Assembly (NCBI RefSeq): GCF_001194135.2
Contig: NC_068986.1
Span: 7,806,409-7,868,228 of the forward strand
Reading direction: 5' to 3'
DNA: 61,820 nt
Origin: Octopus bimaculoides
Taxonomy: Eukaryota
Shown: positions 38,960 to 51,095 of the stretch, in pieces
Layout of the letters: each line of letters starts with the position of its first letter
Numbering within the stretch: the stretch's first letter is position 1
Made by a program: the position numbers and the translations under genes
Notes under the pieces: generated by a model
What the model was told of the DNA's origin: nothing
Databases searched by the model: none
Seen by the model: only the letters and a program-made list of their open reading frames with translations

Positions 38960-40300
38960 GAGGAAGAGTCTACAGACAGAGGGAAGCTATTTTGGAATAC
39001 ACGCATTCATATATCAGTAAAGTCATGGAGCGAATCATCAAAGAGTAATCGCTAACGTTCCTCACACAACTCCTACAGCACCGTAACTGGGTTTTGTAGC
39101 AGCTGCTTCACCATTCAGATGTCAGTGTGATATACCTTGACTTTCCAAAGGCATTTGATAAGGTAGATCACGGCATGATATATCATAAGTTACGAGACCT
39201 TGGCATTGCTGGTAAAACTGGGGGAGTGGCTGCATGACTTCCTTAAACACAGAAATCAGACAGTTGCAGCGAATGGTGAGAACTGTTCTGGGGCCATTAC
39301 TGTTCATAATAGTCTTCTTAGACATGCTCACGGTTACTCAGACATCCACTGTCATTAGCCGATGATACAAAATTGTCACAGGCAGTGATAATTAATGATG
39401 AGGTGGCAAGCTTAAAGCGGGACCTGAATTCGATATACAAGTGGGCCAAAATAAACAACATGCAGTTTAATACTGAAAAATTTCAAACGCTGCGCTATTA
39501 ACTCATTAATGTACTACAGCCTGCATATATAGGACCCGAAAGCACTACGATACCAGAGTCGCAATGATAGACTTGGAGGTCAGTATGTGCAATTGCGCAT
39601 CATTTTATATGCACATTACCAAGACGGCAGCAAAGTGCAGACAGGTGGCAGGATGGATACTGAGATCCTTCAAGTTAAGAGACGAATAAACTATGTTGAC
39701 CCTGTGGAGAACTTTTGTTCTCAGTCGCCTGGACTACTGCTCCCTGTTACGGTCACCACATAGTGCCAAACTAACAGCTGAGCTTGAAGAAGTCCAATGC
39801 CATTGCACAAAAACGATAGAAACAGTGCTGTGGATAAGCTGTAGGAAGAGGCTGAGAAAACTACAGCTTTACTCTCTGGAACATATGGAAAACTCTAGAA
39901 AGGCTAGTACCTAATTTCGGCATAGAGTGTTATACTGGCTGCCATTGTATTGTACCAAAGGAAACATCCACTCAATCTAAATTCAAAACCAGGTACTGTA
40001 ATAGTCTAGGGTTCAAAGGCCCACAGCTTTTCAATATCCTGCCACAAAAATTAAGAAATCTTCAAAAAGGAATTAGACATTCTCTTCTGCACAATATTGG
40101 ATGAACCAACAGCCCGACAAGAGGTACAGACGAGGGTAGCGGAATCAAACTCCGTTTTACATAAAATGGGCCAACAGCTGGGACAAAGGCACATGTGGGA
40201 GTAATAGTGCTAAATATCCCAGACTGAAGAAATCAGAAAGACCACTGTGATGCTCCACCATGACCGCAGCCGCATAGCTGAAATGAGTAAAGAATAAAAG
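38960..40300 (+). mobile_element. CR1-group LINE RT to 3' UTR, decayed
   Basis: IYLDFPKAFDKVDHG, TVLGPLLFII, ADDTK, DLNSIYKWA..NMQFN, LSRLDYCS, FKGPQLFNILP. Confidence 0.9.
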
Positions 40301-40309
40301 TATAAAATA

Positions 40310-40339
40310 ATAATGATAATAATAATAATAATATTAATA

Positions 40340-40397
<58 letters not shown>
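40310..40397. repeat. (AAT)n microsatellite
   Basis: Directly visible. Confidence 0.95.
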
Positions 40398-40398
<1 letters not shown>

Positions 40399-40700
40399 CG
40401 ATATTATTATAAAAGATCAGACAAAAAGGTGTGTTTATTAATAGACATGAGTATTCCTTGCGATCACAATATAGCGGCGAAAGAATTTGACAAGATCAGT
40501 AAATATAGAAACTTGCTAATAGAAATTGAAAAAATGTGGCATCTCAAGGCGACTACCGTACCTGTGATTGTAGGATCTCTAGGAATGATAAAAAAAAGGT
40601 ACTGAAACCTATTTGAAAATGATACCAGGCTTACCAGGAAGTGCAAAATATCGTGTTAACTGGAACGACTCATGTACTGAGAAGACCATTATCGCTGTGA
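40398..40700 (+). mobile_element. R4/Dong-like RLE 3' end, 5'-truncated
   Basis: LIDMSIPCDHNIAAKEFDKISKYRNLLIEIEKMWHLKATTVPVIVGSLG. Confidence 0.9.
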
Positions 40701-40909
40701 AAACAACATCCATTTATGAATTTATTTATTAATTAATTTTTTTTAATACATATTTTACCTGTGAATTTGTGTGTGTAAATCCATACAATGAGCTTCTCTA
40801 CCCTAGGTGTACAGAAAACACTCGGCGAGAAATAGAAGAAAATTTGAAGAAAGAAGAAAAAAATCATAATAATAATAATAATAATATTAATAATAATAAT
40901 AATAATAAT

Positions 40910-42225
40910 GCGTTTCTCTGCCTTAGGTGTCAGGAGGACATTCGGCAAGAAATGGAAACGGAATTGAAAGATGATTATGAAGTGCGACTTTAAGAAAGCT
41001 AAACAATGGAGACTAAATCAAGTGACGAATAAAGTCAATAATGTATTGAGACTCATTGAAACAAAGAACATCACGCAAACAGATAATGTTATCACGTCTG
41101 CTAATAGGATTGTGACGGAAAGGATGGAATTGAGAACTACTGAGAATAGAATAGAGACGGATAGAAGAGGAAATAAACAACCGTGGTGGAAAAGGAGAAT
41201 TTCTGAAGATATGAACTCCTTGAACAGTGTAGTGTCAATACTTCTCGGGAACAGAAATGGAGATTTTAAGAATGAATGGAAATTCGAAAAAGTTGGGAAG
41301 AAGTATGGTGTAGGTACAAGAGTCCTGAATATTGTAATTGAAGAACTGAAGCAACTCAAAAGAAGCAAAGCTAACCAGGTTTGAACAACGGATTAAGCAA
41401 TACCAGCAAAACGAATTGTTTAGAACCGAACCGATCCAAAACACATTTTACTCACAGATTAATGATGATCAAAACGTGAAAGATTAGTCCCTGATGCTGA
41501 TGAAAGTCAACCTTTTTAGGGATAAGATATGGATTAAGCAAGGACAATATAATACTACAGTTGAATGGTTCTGCAGCCTGAAACAAACAGCTTATCGCCA
41601 GCAAGAGACTATCCACGTCACAGAAGACAGTATCAGAAATATGAGTAAAAAGATAAGCAATTGGAAAGCAGCAGGACCTGATGGGGTACAGGGATTTGGG
41701 ATAAAAAAAGTTCAGTAGTTGCCATAAATTGACCGCAGAACAATTTAATGCATTGATCAATGGAGACGAAATCCCGGGTTGATTGTCAAAAGGACGAACG
41801 GTATTGTGCCTGAAGGATACAACAAAGGGAAATGCTGCTGACAATTACAGACCAATTTCTTGCCACCCGTTAATGTGGAAGTTATTTTCAGGAGGAATTT
41901 CAGAAGAACTGTATAAATTCCTGGATGAGGACGATATATTACCGCCGGAGATTCAGAGGTACCAAAGATCAATTATTGATGGACAAAACGGCAATACAAG
42001 ATTGTAAACGGAGAACAAATCTGGGAATGGCCTGGATTGACTATCGTAAAGCTTATTATATGATACAACATTCGTGGATCATCGAGTGTTTAGATATGGT
42101 TGGAATTGTGAGCAATGTAAGGTGTTTCCCGAAGAGAAGTATGGTGGGATGGAAAACTGAACTGACAGCATACGGAAAAGCTTGGGCAGCCTGGGTATCA
42201 GAAGAGGGATTTTCCAGGGTGACAG
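40910..42225 (+). mobile_element. R4/Dong-like LINE N-terminal half through RT, 3'-truncated
   Basis: [62 protein letters not shown]; preceded by (AAT)n at ~40865-40908. Confidence 0.92.
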
Positions 42226-42319
42226 ACTGCGTATAATGCTACTACTGCATAACACACGGTAAATCTGACGGTGGACGATCTTTATACTGTACTCTACTAC
42301 GTTCTTAACATAATATACC

Positions 42320-42365
<46 letters not shown>

Positions 42366-42933
42366 TAGACTTTCTTTGTTGCTATATTATTACCTGTTAA
42401 AATGTTCACGGATACATTATTCAATAAACACAATGACTCTGAACTCCTAGAAAGGGGGAAGGCTAACCTACATATATGTTATTCATTGTTGGCTGTCAGT
42501 CCGACATATTGATAAATAAATTATAGTTGCGTTAACCTTTCGTTGTTGTTGTTTTTCAATGCTGAATTGTACTGCAGAATATATCAATAAATGTTTTGTC
42601 AGGGACAAAATTAGGCAGACGATATCTAAAATAAATACAAGTGTTTCTGTGACAGAAGAGCAGATAACCACTCCAAAATGCTTGCATCTTACAGTCTGGG
42701 TAGATGGCACTGCAAGCTGGTTTTAGGTGTATCTACACCATTTGTCTACAGCGAGATATTTCCCCCATGACAAAAGAGTGAATGGCTTTCTTACTGGTTC
42801 GCCAAGTATATTTGAACTGGTAATAACATTATATTTTTAATCTCATCACTGATTGGCGCTGCCAATCCGTAATATGTCTAATAATTTCCCCCAAAATTAT
42901 ACATTGACAAACATATACACATTGTATATACAA

Positions 42934-42972
42934 TAGGCGCAGGTGTAGCTGTGTGGTAACAAGCTTGCTTCC
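42934..42972 (+). mobile_element. Orphan 5' head of CORE-type SINE
   Basis: GGCGCAGGTGTAGCTGTGTGGTAACAAGCTTGCTTCC matches the head of the 46300-46710 element. Confidence 0.65.
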
Positions 42973-43080
42973 GCGCATGCGTCGGTCTATTCGCTGTGTT
43001 GATTTTTTTAACAAGACGGACAGAATGTTTTGAGCTGCTTGGCAGTAGTTTGTCGGTGAGTGGTGTACCAGTGGAAAGGA

Positions 43081-44074
43081 ATGTATTCAGACCTTAGTGA
43101 GTGTGAGCTGTCCTCATCGGAAGAGGAGCTCGTCAAGGCGGTAAATTGAATGGATGAGCATTTGAAAAGAATAAAGAGTTTTGCTGAGGCTGCAGAGACG
43201 AAGAAAAAAGGAAGTGGACCTAACCGGACTGAAGGAGCTGTGTAAGATGACACAGAAGATGGGTGGTGATGTAAAGATATTACCCACGGAAAGGGTTATG
43301 GAAAAAAAGACCATCACCTACAAGGTGTATGCAGTGGAGAAAAGGAAGGTGGAGCGGATCGAGATGGAAAAAGTAGAAAAAGCTCTGAAGAGGCTTTCGA
43401 AGGAAGTGACGTATATAGCAAAAAGAAATGGACATGGGACGGTGGCTGTCCAGTTTAGGACAGCGGAGGAGGCAAAGAGGCTGGCGAGTACAACTGTTAA
43501 AACGGAGGAACTAGTACTTCTACCCACGTTACCTAGGAAGAAAGACTTATAAGGTGAGGGTAGAAGGAATTCCACCCGATATAGAAGTGGCTTGGGTAGC
43601 GGCAGCCGTCCTCGTTGGAAGTGAGGAGGCAGTGGCTGTCTTCTAAGCCACAGAGACGTAGGAAGTAGGATTTAAAGGGAAAAAATAGGAAATTACCATA
43701 CAAGCGGCAGCGAAACAGCTAGAAAATTTGGCGGAGACAGTGACGTTGGGAGAAATAGTATTGAAAGTATGGGTAGAGGGCAGAGCACCACGTTGTTTTA
43801 AATGTGGCCAAAAGGGCCACATTAGAGCATACTGCCCTCTACAAAGGACAATGGCTGAGGATGCAGTTGTGAAGACGGAGGAGAAGAGAGAGGAAGAAAA
43901 GACAGACGGAGGAAAGGAGAAAAAGGAGGAAGAATGGAAAGCTACAGAGAGCAGAAGGCGAAAGCGGGGAAAAAAAAGAAAAGACACTGAGTATGAGGTT
44001 GTGCCCCAGTCCAACTCCATCCCACCCAAGACCACTCAGACCTACCCTCCCTATACATGCACCAAACCCACCCA
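43081..44074 (+). pseudogene. L1/Tx1-type ORF1 (gag-like, CCHC zinc knuckle), frameshifted
   Basis: VRVEGIPPDI..WV and EGRAPRCFKCGQKGHIRAYC (knuckle 43794-43835), followed by a Lys/Glu-rich tail. Clade assignment is inferred. Confidence 0.7.
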
Positions 44075-45051
44075 NNNNNNNNNNNNNNNNNNNNNNNNNN
44101 NNNNNNNNNNNNNNNNNNNNNNNNNNNNNNNNNNNNNNNNNNNNNNNNNNNNNNNNNNNNNNNNNNNNNNNNNNNNNNNNNNNNNNNNNNNNNNNNNNNN
44201 NNNNNNNNNNNNNNNNNNNNNNNNNNNNNNNNNNNNNNNNNNNNNNNNNNNNNNNNNNNNNNNNNNNNNNNNNNNNNNNNNNNNNNNNNNNNNNNNNNNN
44301 NNNNNNNNNNNNNNNNNNNNNNNNNNNNNNNNNNNNNNNNNNNNNNNNNNNNNNNNNNNNNNNNNNNNNNNNNNNNNNNNNNNNNNNNNNNNNNNNNNNN
44401 NNNNNNNNNNNNNNNNNNNNNNNNNNNNNNNNNNNNNNNNNNNNNNNNNNNNNNNNNNNNNNNNNNNNNNNNNNNNNNNNNNNNNNNNNNNNNNNNNNNN
44501 NNNNNNNNNNNNNNNNNNNNNNNNNNNNNNNNNNNNNNNNNNNNNNNNNNNNNNNNNNNNNNNNNNNNNNNNNNNNNNNNNNNNNNNNNNNNNNNNNNNN
44601 NNNNNNNNNNNNNNNNNNNNNNNNNNNNNNNNNNNNNNNNNNNNNNNNNNNNNNNNNNNNNNNNNNNNNNNNNNNNNNNNNNNNNNNNNNNNNNNNNNNN
44701 NNNNNNNNNNNNNNNNNNNNNNNNNNNNNNNNNNNNNNNNNNNNNNNNNNNNNNNNNNNNNNNNNNNNNNNNNNNNNNNNNNNNNNNNNNNNNNNNNNNN
44801 NNNNNNNNNNNNNNNNNNNNNNNNNNNNNNNNNNNNNNNNNNNNNNNNNNNNNNNNNNNNNNNNNNNNNNNNNNNNNNNNNNNNNNNNNNNNNNNNNNNN
44901 NNNNNNNNNNNNNNNNNNNNNNNNNNNNNNNNNNNNNNNNNNNNNNNNNNNNNNNNNNNNNNNNNNNNNNNNNNNNNNNNNNNNNNNNNNNNNNCTATTT
45001 TTATTTGGACTATTTTGGTGAACTGTGTTGAACTGTTGTTTTTCTTTGGAC

Positions 45052-45585
45052 ATGGCAGAGAAGGACCTGAAAAAGAAGAACCCTGCCTTGGAGTGGGAGG
45101 TGGTCCCACCCAAGGAGTGGTTGAAAGACTTAGAAAAAAGAACGGTGGTGCTGAGGACCTATTCTAGGTCGCTCGGCACCATCGCTCAATTTAACAAAGA
45201 AAAATTTTAAAAAGAGTTGGCAGATTATTTGCCAACTGTCAAACATAGGGCGGGAGGGCAAATTTGCAACGGTGTGGTTGCTGTTCGGCACTCCCGAGGA
45301 AGCTTGCAAATTTGCAAGCGAGCCCCTTGAGGGCGAGGAAATTTTGTTCCTCCCCACATATTGTAAGAGGAAGAGCTGATAAGAGCCTGGGTGTGTGGCT
45401 GCCGCCCGGGATATATCCCCAGTGGATATAAGAGACTGTTCGCAGGGGTCTGGATGGCAGCAATTCCAGGCTCTTGAGTGTCAAGATGATGCCTGTAGCT
45501 AATTGGGTCAGGGCAAAAACTGTTTTGACCCTTTGGACCCAATCAGCTGAAGACCTTGTTTTCCCTGATTTTTTTGAGGATGGCC
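45052..45585 (+). pseudogene. Second, divergent ORF1-like N-terminal remnant
   Basis: FGTPEEACKFASEPLEGEEILFLPTY..IRAWV..PPGI..W aligns with FRTAEEAKRLASTTVKTEELVLLPT..VRVEGIPPDI..W. Confidence 0.6.
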
Positions 45586-45594
45586 GGAGCCAGG

Positions 45595-45972
45595 TACCCG
45601 GTGATTGCGGATGGTTAGGGCAGCAAACTCACAGTCGTAGGATCGCGGTTTCGATTCCCAGACCAGGTGTTGTGAGTGTTTACTGAGCAACACCACCCAA
45701 AACTTTACGTGCCTCCGGCAGGGCATGGAAGCGAACCCTGCTGTACTCTTTCACCACAACTTTCTCTCACTCTTTCTTCTTGTTTCTGTTGTAACTGTAT
45801 TTCAAAGGGCCAGCCTTGTCACACACTGTGTCACGCTGAATCACCCCGAGAACTATGTTAAGGGTACAAGTGTCTGTGGAGTGCTCAGCCAGTTGCACGT
45901 TAATTTCACGAGTAGGCTGTTCCGTTGATCGGATAAACTGGAACCCTCGTCGTCGTAACCGACGGAGGGCCA
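45595..45972 (+). mobile_element. tRNA-derived SINE with type C 3' domain
   Basis: TGGTTAGGGC..GGTTTCGATTCCC head; 3' TCACGCTGAAT..GTTGATCGGAT.AACTG shared with 47710-48033. Confidence 0.85.
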
Positions 45973-46299
45973 CGATTTAATATTTAAATGTTGCATTTTG
46001 TCATGGAGGCTTTTGCTATAAATCAACGATATGAAATATATTCAAAGATAATCACATATACAGATTATAATTTTAGAAACAAATGTTAATTATCATATTG
46101 GCACGAAATTTATTTTTCATCTTTGAAGTTCAGTTTTGTTGCATTAATGAAACAAAACTGAACTAACAAAACTGTTATATTTTAATTTGCCAAATAAAAT
46201 AATATATTTCCACTAATTATTGTCTTTGAACATTTTTCTGGTTTAATCATACTATTTTAGTCCGTTTTAATTGTTAAGAAGGAGTCGCTGCAACTATTC

Positions 46300-46510
46300 T
46301 TTTATTCTGTTTTTCCTGTAATTATTTCAGTCATTTGACAGTGGCCATGCTGAGGCACCGCCTTTAGTCGAACAAATCGACCTGAGGACTTATTCTTTGT
46401 AAACCTAGTACTTATTCTATCAGTCTCTTTTACCGAACTGCTAAATTATGTGGACATAAACATATCAACATCGGTTGTCAAGCGTTAGTGACTGGACGAA
46501 CACTGATACG

Positions 46511-46551
<41 letters not shown>

Positions 46552-46710
46552 CGGGCTTCTTTGAGTTACCCTCTACCAAATTCACTCACAAGGCTTTGGT
46601 CGGCCAGAGGCTACAGCAAAAGACACTTTCCCAAGTTTCCGCGCAGTGGGATTGAACCCAGAACCATGTGGTTGGGAAGCAAGCGTGTTATCATACAGTC
46701 ACGCCTGCTT
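46300..46710 (-). mobile_element. Full-length CORE-type tRNA-derived SINE (type B) with internal (TA)n
   Basis: GGGTTCAATCCC B-box, then CORE-like CTTGGGAAAGTGTCTT, then a CR1-like 3' tail. Confidence 0.88.
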
Positions 46711-47603
46711 CTATGTACACAAAATGCCACAAAAGTGTAAGAATTCCTATAAACTCGAACCTAAAGCAATGGTTATGTGGTCATTATAGGTAATAGAGAA
46801 AGCATAACGTAGCAATTAACAAAACAGTTATTTGATACACGTCTTAACAAACTTAGGGAGACACAAACTTAGGGACCATTACCAGGCATTAGTGAGCTTG
46901 TTGTTATGATTAAAGCAAGGTGTTTCTGTTGACGCATACTTTCTTTTTAGTCATTGCTTAATCCTCATATCCATTAATTAAATTATATTAATTAGTTCTA
47001 ACAGTATTGCGAATATTTATCTTTAAGCAAACTAAGTAAATTGAAGAATAATTCTTTTAGTATCAGTAAACAGAGATGTATTTTAGTATTAAAGGATGAG
47101 TAGGGCGTTGCATAATTCATGAATACCCCAAATTACGCTCAAGTAAACCAGTTGGCCTAAAGGAATGCAAATACAAACAATTGTACGGTTTCTAAATAGT
47201 ATTTCAGAATCCACATCATAGATTTGAATATTCATATCACCGAGGAGTAAACGTAGACGTGATTTGACTCTCATCGAATACGTTCCCTCTCAAATATAAT
47301 TTCCTTGTTTAAATTTCTACTTTTATTATAAAAACACATACACATCTTATGATGCGGATTAAACACCATTTAATGTTAACAAACTGTATTATTTTGATTG
47401 AGCAGTTGCGTTTATGTAATTGCATTATGACAATTCTATCGTCCAAATTTGGTAATGTTGAATGAATGTAATACTGAAGTCTAACTGAGTGTCTGCTATG
47501 CATACATACATACATATATACATACAAACATACACATATAGATACGTACAAATATATATTTATATATGAGCATTTGCGTGTGTATGTGCATCTATGTTTA
47601 TAT

Positions 47604-47649
<46 letters not shown>

Positions 47650-47654
47650 CACAC

Positions 47655-47707
<53 letters not shown>

Positions 47708-47709
47708 CA

Positions 47710-48033
47710 AAGGCACATGGCTTAGTAGTTAGGGTATTCGGCTAGCGATCGTGAACTCGTGATTTCGATTCACGATGGCAAGACACTTTATTTCATGTAG
47801 CGAGCAAGAGATTATTTCATATAGCTCGAGTCCAATCAGCCAGCAAAAATCTGGAGCACCATTATTTCAGAGTCATGATACATCGTATGTCACGCTGAAT
47901 ATCTCTGTGAACTGCTTTAAGGTTACGCATGTCTATGGAGTGCTCAGACACTTGTACGTTAACTTCATGAGCAAGCTATTCTGTTGATCGGATCAACTGA
48001 AACCCCCACATTGCCGTAAACGACAGAATGCCA
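47710..48033 (+). mobile_element. SINE type C, diverged
   Basis: GGCACATGGCTTAGTAGTTAGG head; 3' half homologous to 45825-45972. Confidence 0.8.
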
Positions 48034-48036
48034 GTG

Positions 48037-48307
48037 TCTATCTATCTATCTATCTATCTAATATAAATTGAAGTTGGCCGACCGTTGTATTCTTTCTTGT
48101 CTTGAGGTTCACGGCCAAACAGCTGGGTGGATTCGCATGAAAAATGGCACACATGTGGAGACGGGTGCATAGATTGGAACGCGCTTTCTAAATTTTTCCT
48201 AACCCCCATACTTACAGAGAAAATCGATTAAAAGAACCTGCGTGCGTGCGTGTATGTGAGTATGTATCCATCTAAACAGACCGGGTGAAACCGGGTTTAC
48301 CTGCTAG
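48037..48307 (+). mobile_element. Non-autonomous Helitron-like element
   Basis: Starts TC(TATC)nTAATATAAA; ends with CCGG gtgaaa CCGG hairpin, then CTAG (48304-48307) followed by T. Confidence 0.65.
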
Positions 48308-48595
48308 TATATATATATAACAAATAAAAGGGTAAAGGATTATTGATTTATTAATAAATTAATAATTAATCATTTTTACCAAGCACTTCGGTATGTAAAC
48401 ACCATTATCAGTAAAGAACGTATTTAAAAGTACTTTTAAATTTATAAACATAATTAAGAGATCAGCAACAGTTGGTTCACCACATACCGAAATTCAGAAA
48501 TAGCAGCAAAAGTGCTAAAACTCCAACAGATAGCAATACTTGTAACTCACAAAGGCAAAAAAGAAGAAAACAACGAAACTAACCAGTTTTAGTTA

Positions 48596-48654
48596 ATCAT
48601 AGACGCGTTTCTGGATCAGAATAGTAAAAACCTTCATTTCCTCATCAGTATGAT
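48596..48654 (-). ncRNA. Type I hammerhead motif (one extra A before GAAA)
   Basis: ATCATA-CTGATGA-GGA...TCC-A-GAAA-CGCGTC/TATGAT: 6-bp stem I, ACGCGT palindrome, GUC. Confidence 0.7.
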
Positions 48655-48879
48655 ATTCTAGTTTGCAAAATTTGAAGATGCTGGCAACCATGCATGCTCT
48701 ACCAAGCGACATCGTGCATCAACATAATATAAGCAGCAACTCCGAACTTACATAGGCTAGTCAGTCTTTATCCCTCCTCAAGAATTCCCATGTGCATCAC
48801 AAGCTATACCGCAGAAAATCTGATGAGGAAATGAACGTTTCCTCATAAACTAAATAATAGCAGAGACTTCAGCAAATAA

Positions 48880-48915
48880 GATCTGAAGAAGGAATTGAAA
48901 TTCCGAAATATCATC
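48880..48915 (+). ncRNA. Type I minimal hammerhead motif
   Basis: GAT-CTGAAGA-A-GGAAT tgaa ATTCC-GAAA-TATC/ATC: 5-bp stem II, ATAT palindrome, only 3-bp stem I. Confidence 0.55.
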
Positions 48916-49009
48916 GGACTATACATAACCAATTTACAACAGGTATATAGTCCAAATTTTTGTTCTATAGTGCTTTGTTATACCATTCTAAACTTTTTAT
49001 TCTTTATAT

Positions 49010-49044
<35 letters not shown>

Positions 49045-50476
49045 GCTATTCTGTTAATTTCTAACATAGTTACAATGTTTCAATATTTAACCGTACTAAG
49101 CGTTGTGTACTCTCTCCACATTTTCTGTGTTGCATGTCAGACACGATGCTTTTATTTGAAATGTTATTTTAAAATCACTGTATTTTGCAATCCATTTAAA
49201 TCAATCTGTTCTCTTGCGGAGATTTTCTTAATTTGTCAGTTGTTATTGATTACTTGCTTTGATTGATTAATTAATTTAGTAATTGAATTTGTATTGATTA
49301 CTTAAAATTGTAATTTCTCAAACGAATGTTAAATAGCTATCCCATAATTATTCATACCGGAATCCAATCAATTGCAATTTAAATATCGTCCATTTTAGCC
49401 TAATTTCCAATTGAAATATTAAGTCGGATAGTTTGAGACATCTTACAGCCAAACAGCGACTGTTCTCAGTAACTAAGTACATTCTAATGCAAGATACTCC
49501 CATTAGATATTATTAACAACCGTATTTAACATAATTGTATGTTTTCTAAAGGGGTGTATATCAATGAATTTTGCTTTGTGAGCTTTGAGTCATCTGCCCT
49601 TACCATAATGTTTCCCTCGTCCTTTGATTCAATATGCAATAAATCTTGTGATACGAATTTACGAAAATGCGGAAACCATATAATCGCATTAAATCATCAA
49701 ACGCTTGTCTTCGTCAGCCATACTTTTCAGTGCGACTCTTCTTAACATCAACACGGTGACATCCATCAAAATTATTTCATTGATGAGAATTTATATCCAT
49801 GAATGTAAAAAATTCTCAATTCGTTTTACCGCACTTCATAAAATATATTAAATAGTCGACTCTGAATAAATACTTTTCTTCAGTCATAGCTATGTTCAAT
49901 CGTATTTGCCGAAATTTTTTATTTTTTTCATTAGATATTCACTGTATTTTATTAGATTTCTATTGATCAATTTAAAAAAAAAAATATATTAAAATAGTTA
50001 TTGAAAATACACGAGATGGAAAAGAAATTTATTGATTAAAAAATATTTATTTGAGACTTGTTTTTATGAGGAATTTGTTTATGTTGAAAATGTTTACTAT
50101 TCAGAAATAAAATTAAAAAACAAAAAACAGACGTTGGTGTTGTTGTTGACATGAGATTCTTCGCGATATCTGGAAGATTTTATAGCACACAGCTGTTCAG
50201 AATGTAGTAAAAGGAAATTCGGTTTTAAATATACAGTTATTGGGTTACAATAAAAGAAAAAAAAAAATGAAATAAATCACTTTATTATAATACGTCTTTC
50301 TCGGTATATTCTGTGAATTTTCAAAATATACTTTTCTTGATTTTGAAGAATGCAGTTTTTATAGGGAAATGTATAGTTAATGAAATCGACATTAGTATCT
50401 CAGTTTATTCACATTGTCTCTCGAGAAATAGTGAACTAAATTTTTGACAGAAAGATATAAACACTAACATTCTTTC

Positions 50477-50680
50477 TACAATAGGCGCACGGCCTGAAAT
50501 TGTTTGGATCTAGTCGATTACATCTATACCAGTGCTTGACCGGTACTTATTTGATCGTTCACAAAAAGGATGAAAGGCAAAGAGGAACACGGTAGAATTT
50601 AAACTGAGAAAGTAAAGACGGATGAAATGGTGCTAAGCATTTTGTCCGGTATGCTAACGACCCTGCCAACTGACCGCTTC
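50477..50680 (-). mobile_element. SINE type A, old copy
   Basis: Reverse complement retains GGCAG..CGTTAGCAT.CCGGAC.AAATGCTTAGC and GCCTTTCATCCTTT. Confidence 0.75.
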
Positions 50681-51004
50681 AATCTTGTAGTGTTTAGTTT
50701 TGCTGTTTGCATCTTCTACTAATTCACTCCTCTTGAAAAACTGTTTTTCCCTTTTTGAAAGGAATGGAAAGAGATGTTTAATTAGCTAAAGTTGTACCGA
50801 ATTTCATACAAAATACCAAAATATTTTTAAACAAAATAATAGAAAGTAACATTAATAGATTATTGTCTAAATCAATAGTATTGAAGAGCATTGCCAAGCT
50901 TATGGTGAATAATTCGAAGTTTTTATTAGTTTTTATTTCTATAAAACTTACGGTGATGTAATTTTAAGATGCTGGAATGTAAATATTGTAGTAAATATAC
51001 GCCT

Positions 51005-51095
51005 CCTACAAATAAGTCCTGAGGTCAATTTGATCAAATAAATCCTTCAATATGGTGCCCCAGCATGGTCGCGATCCAGTGACTAAAACAAAGAT
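51005..51095 (+). mobile_element. CORE-type SINE 3' end fragment
   Basis: AATAAGTCCTGAGGTCAATTTG..GGTGCCCCAGCATGGTCGC..GACTAAAACA. Confidence 0.7.

Noticed and set aside
47080-49750. Helitron helicase remnants at ~47.1 kb and ~49.5 kb
   Set aside because: No convincing motif on manual translation.
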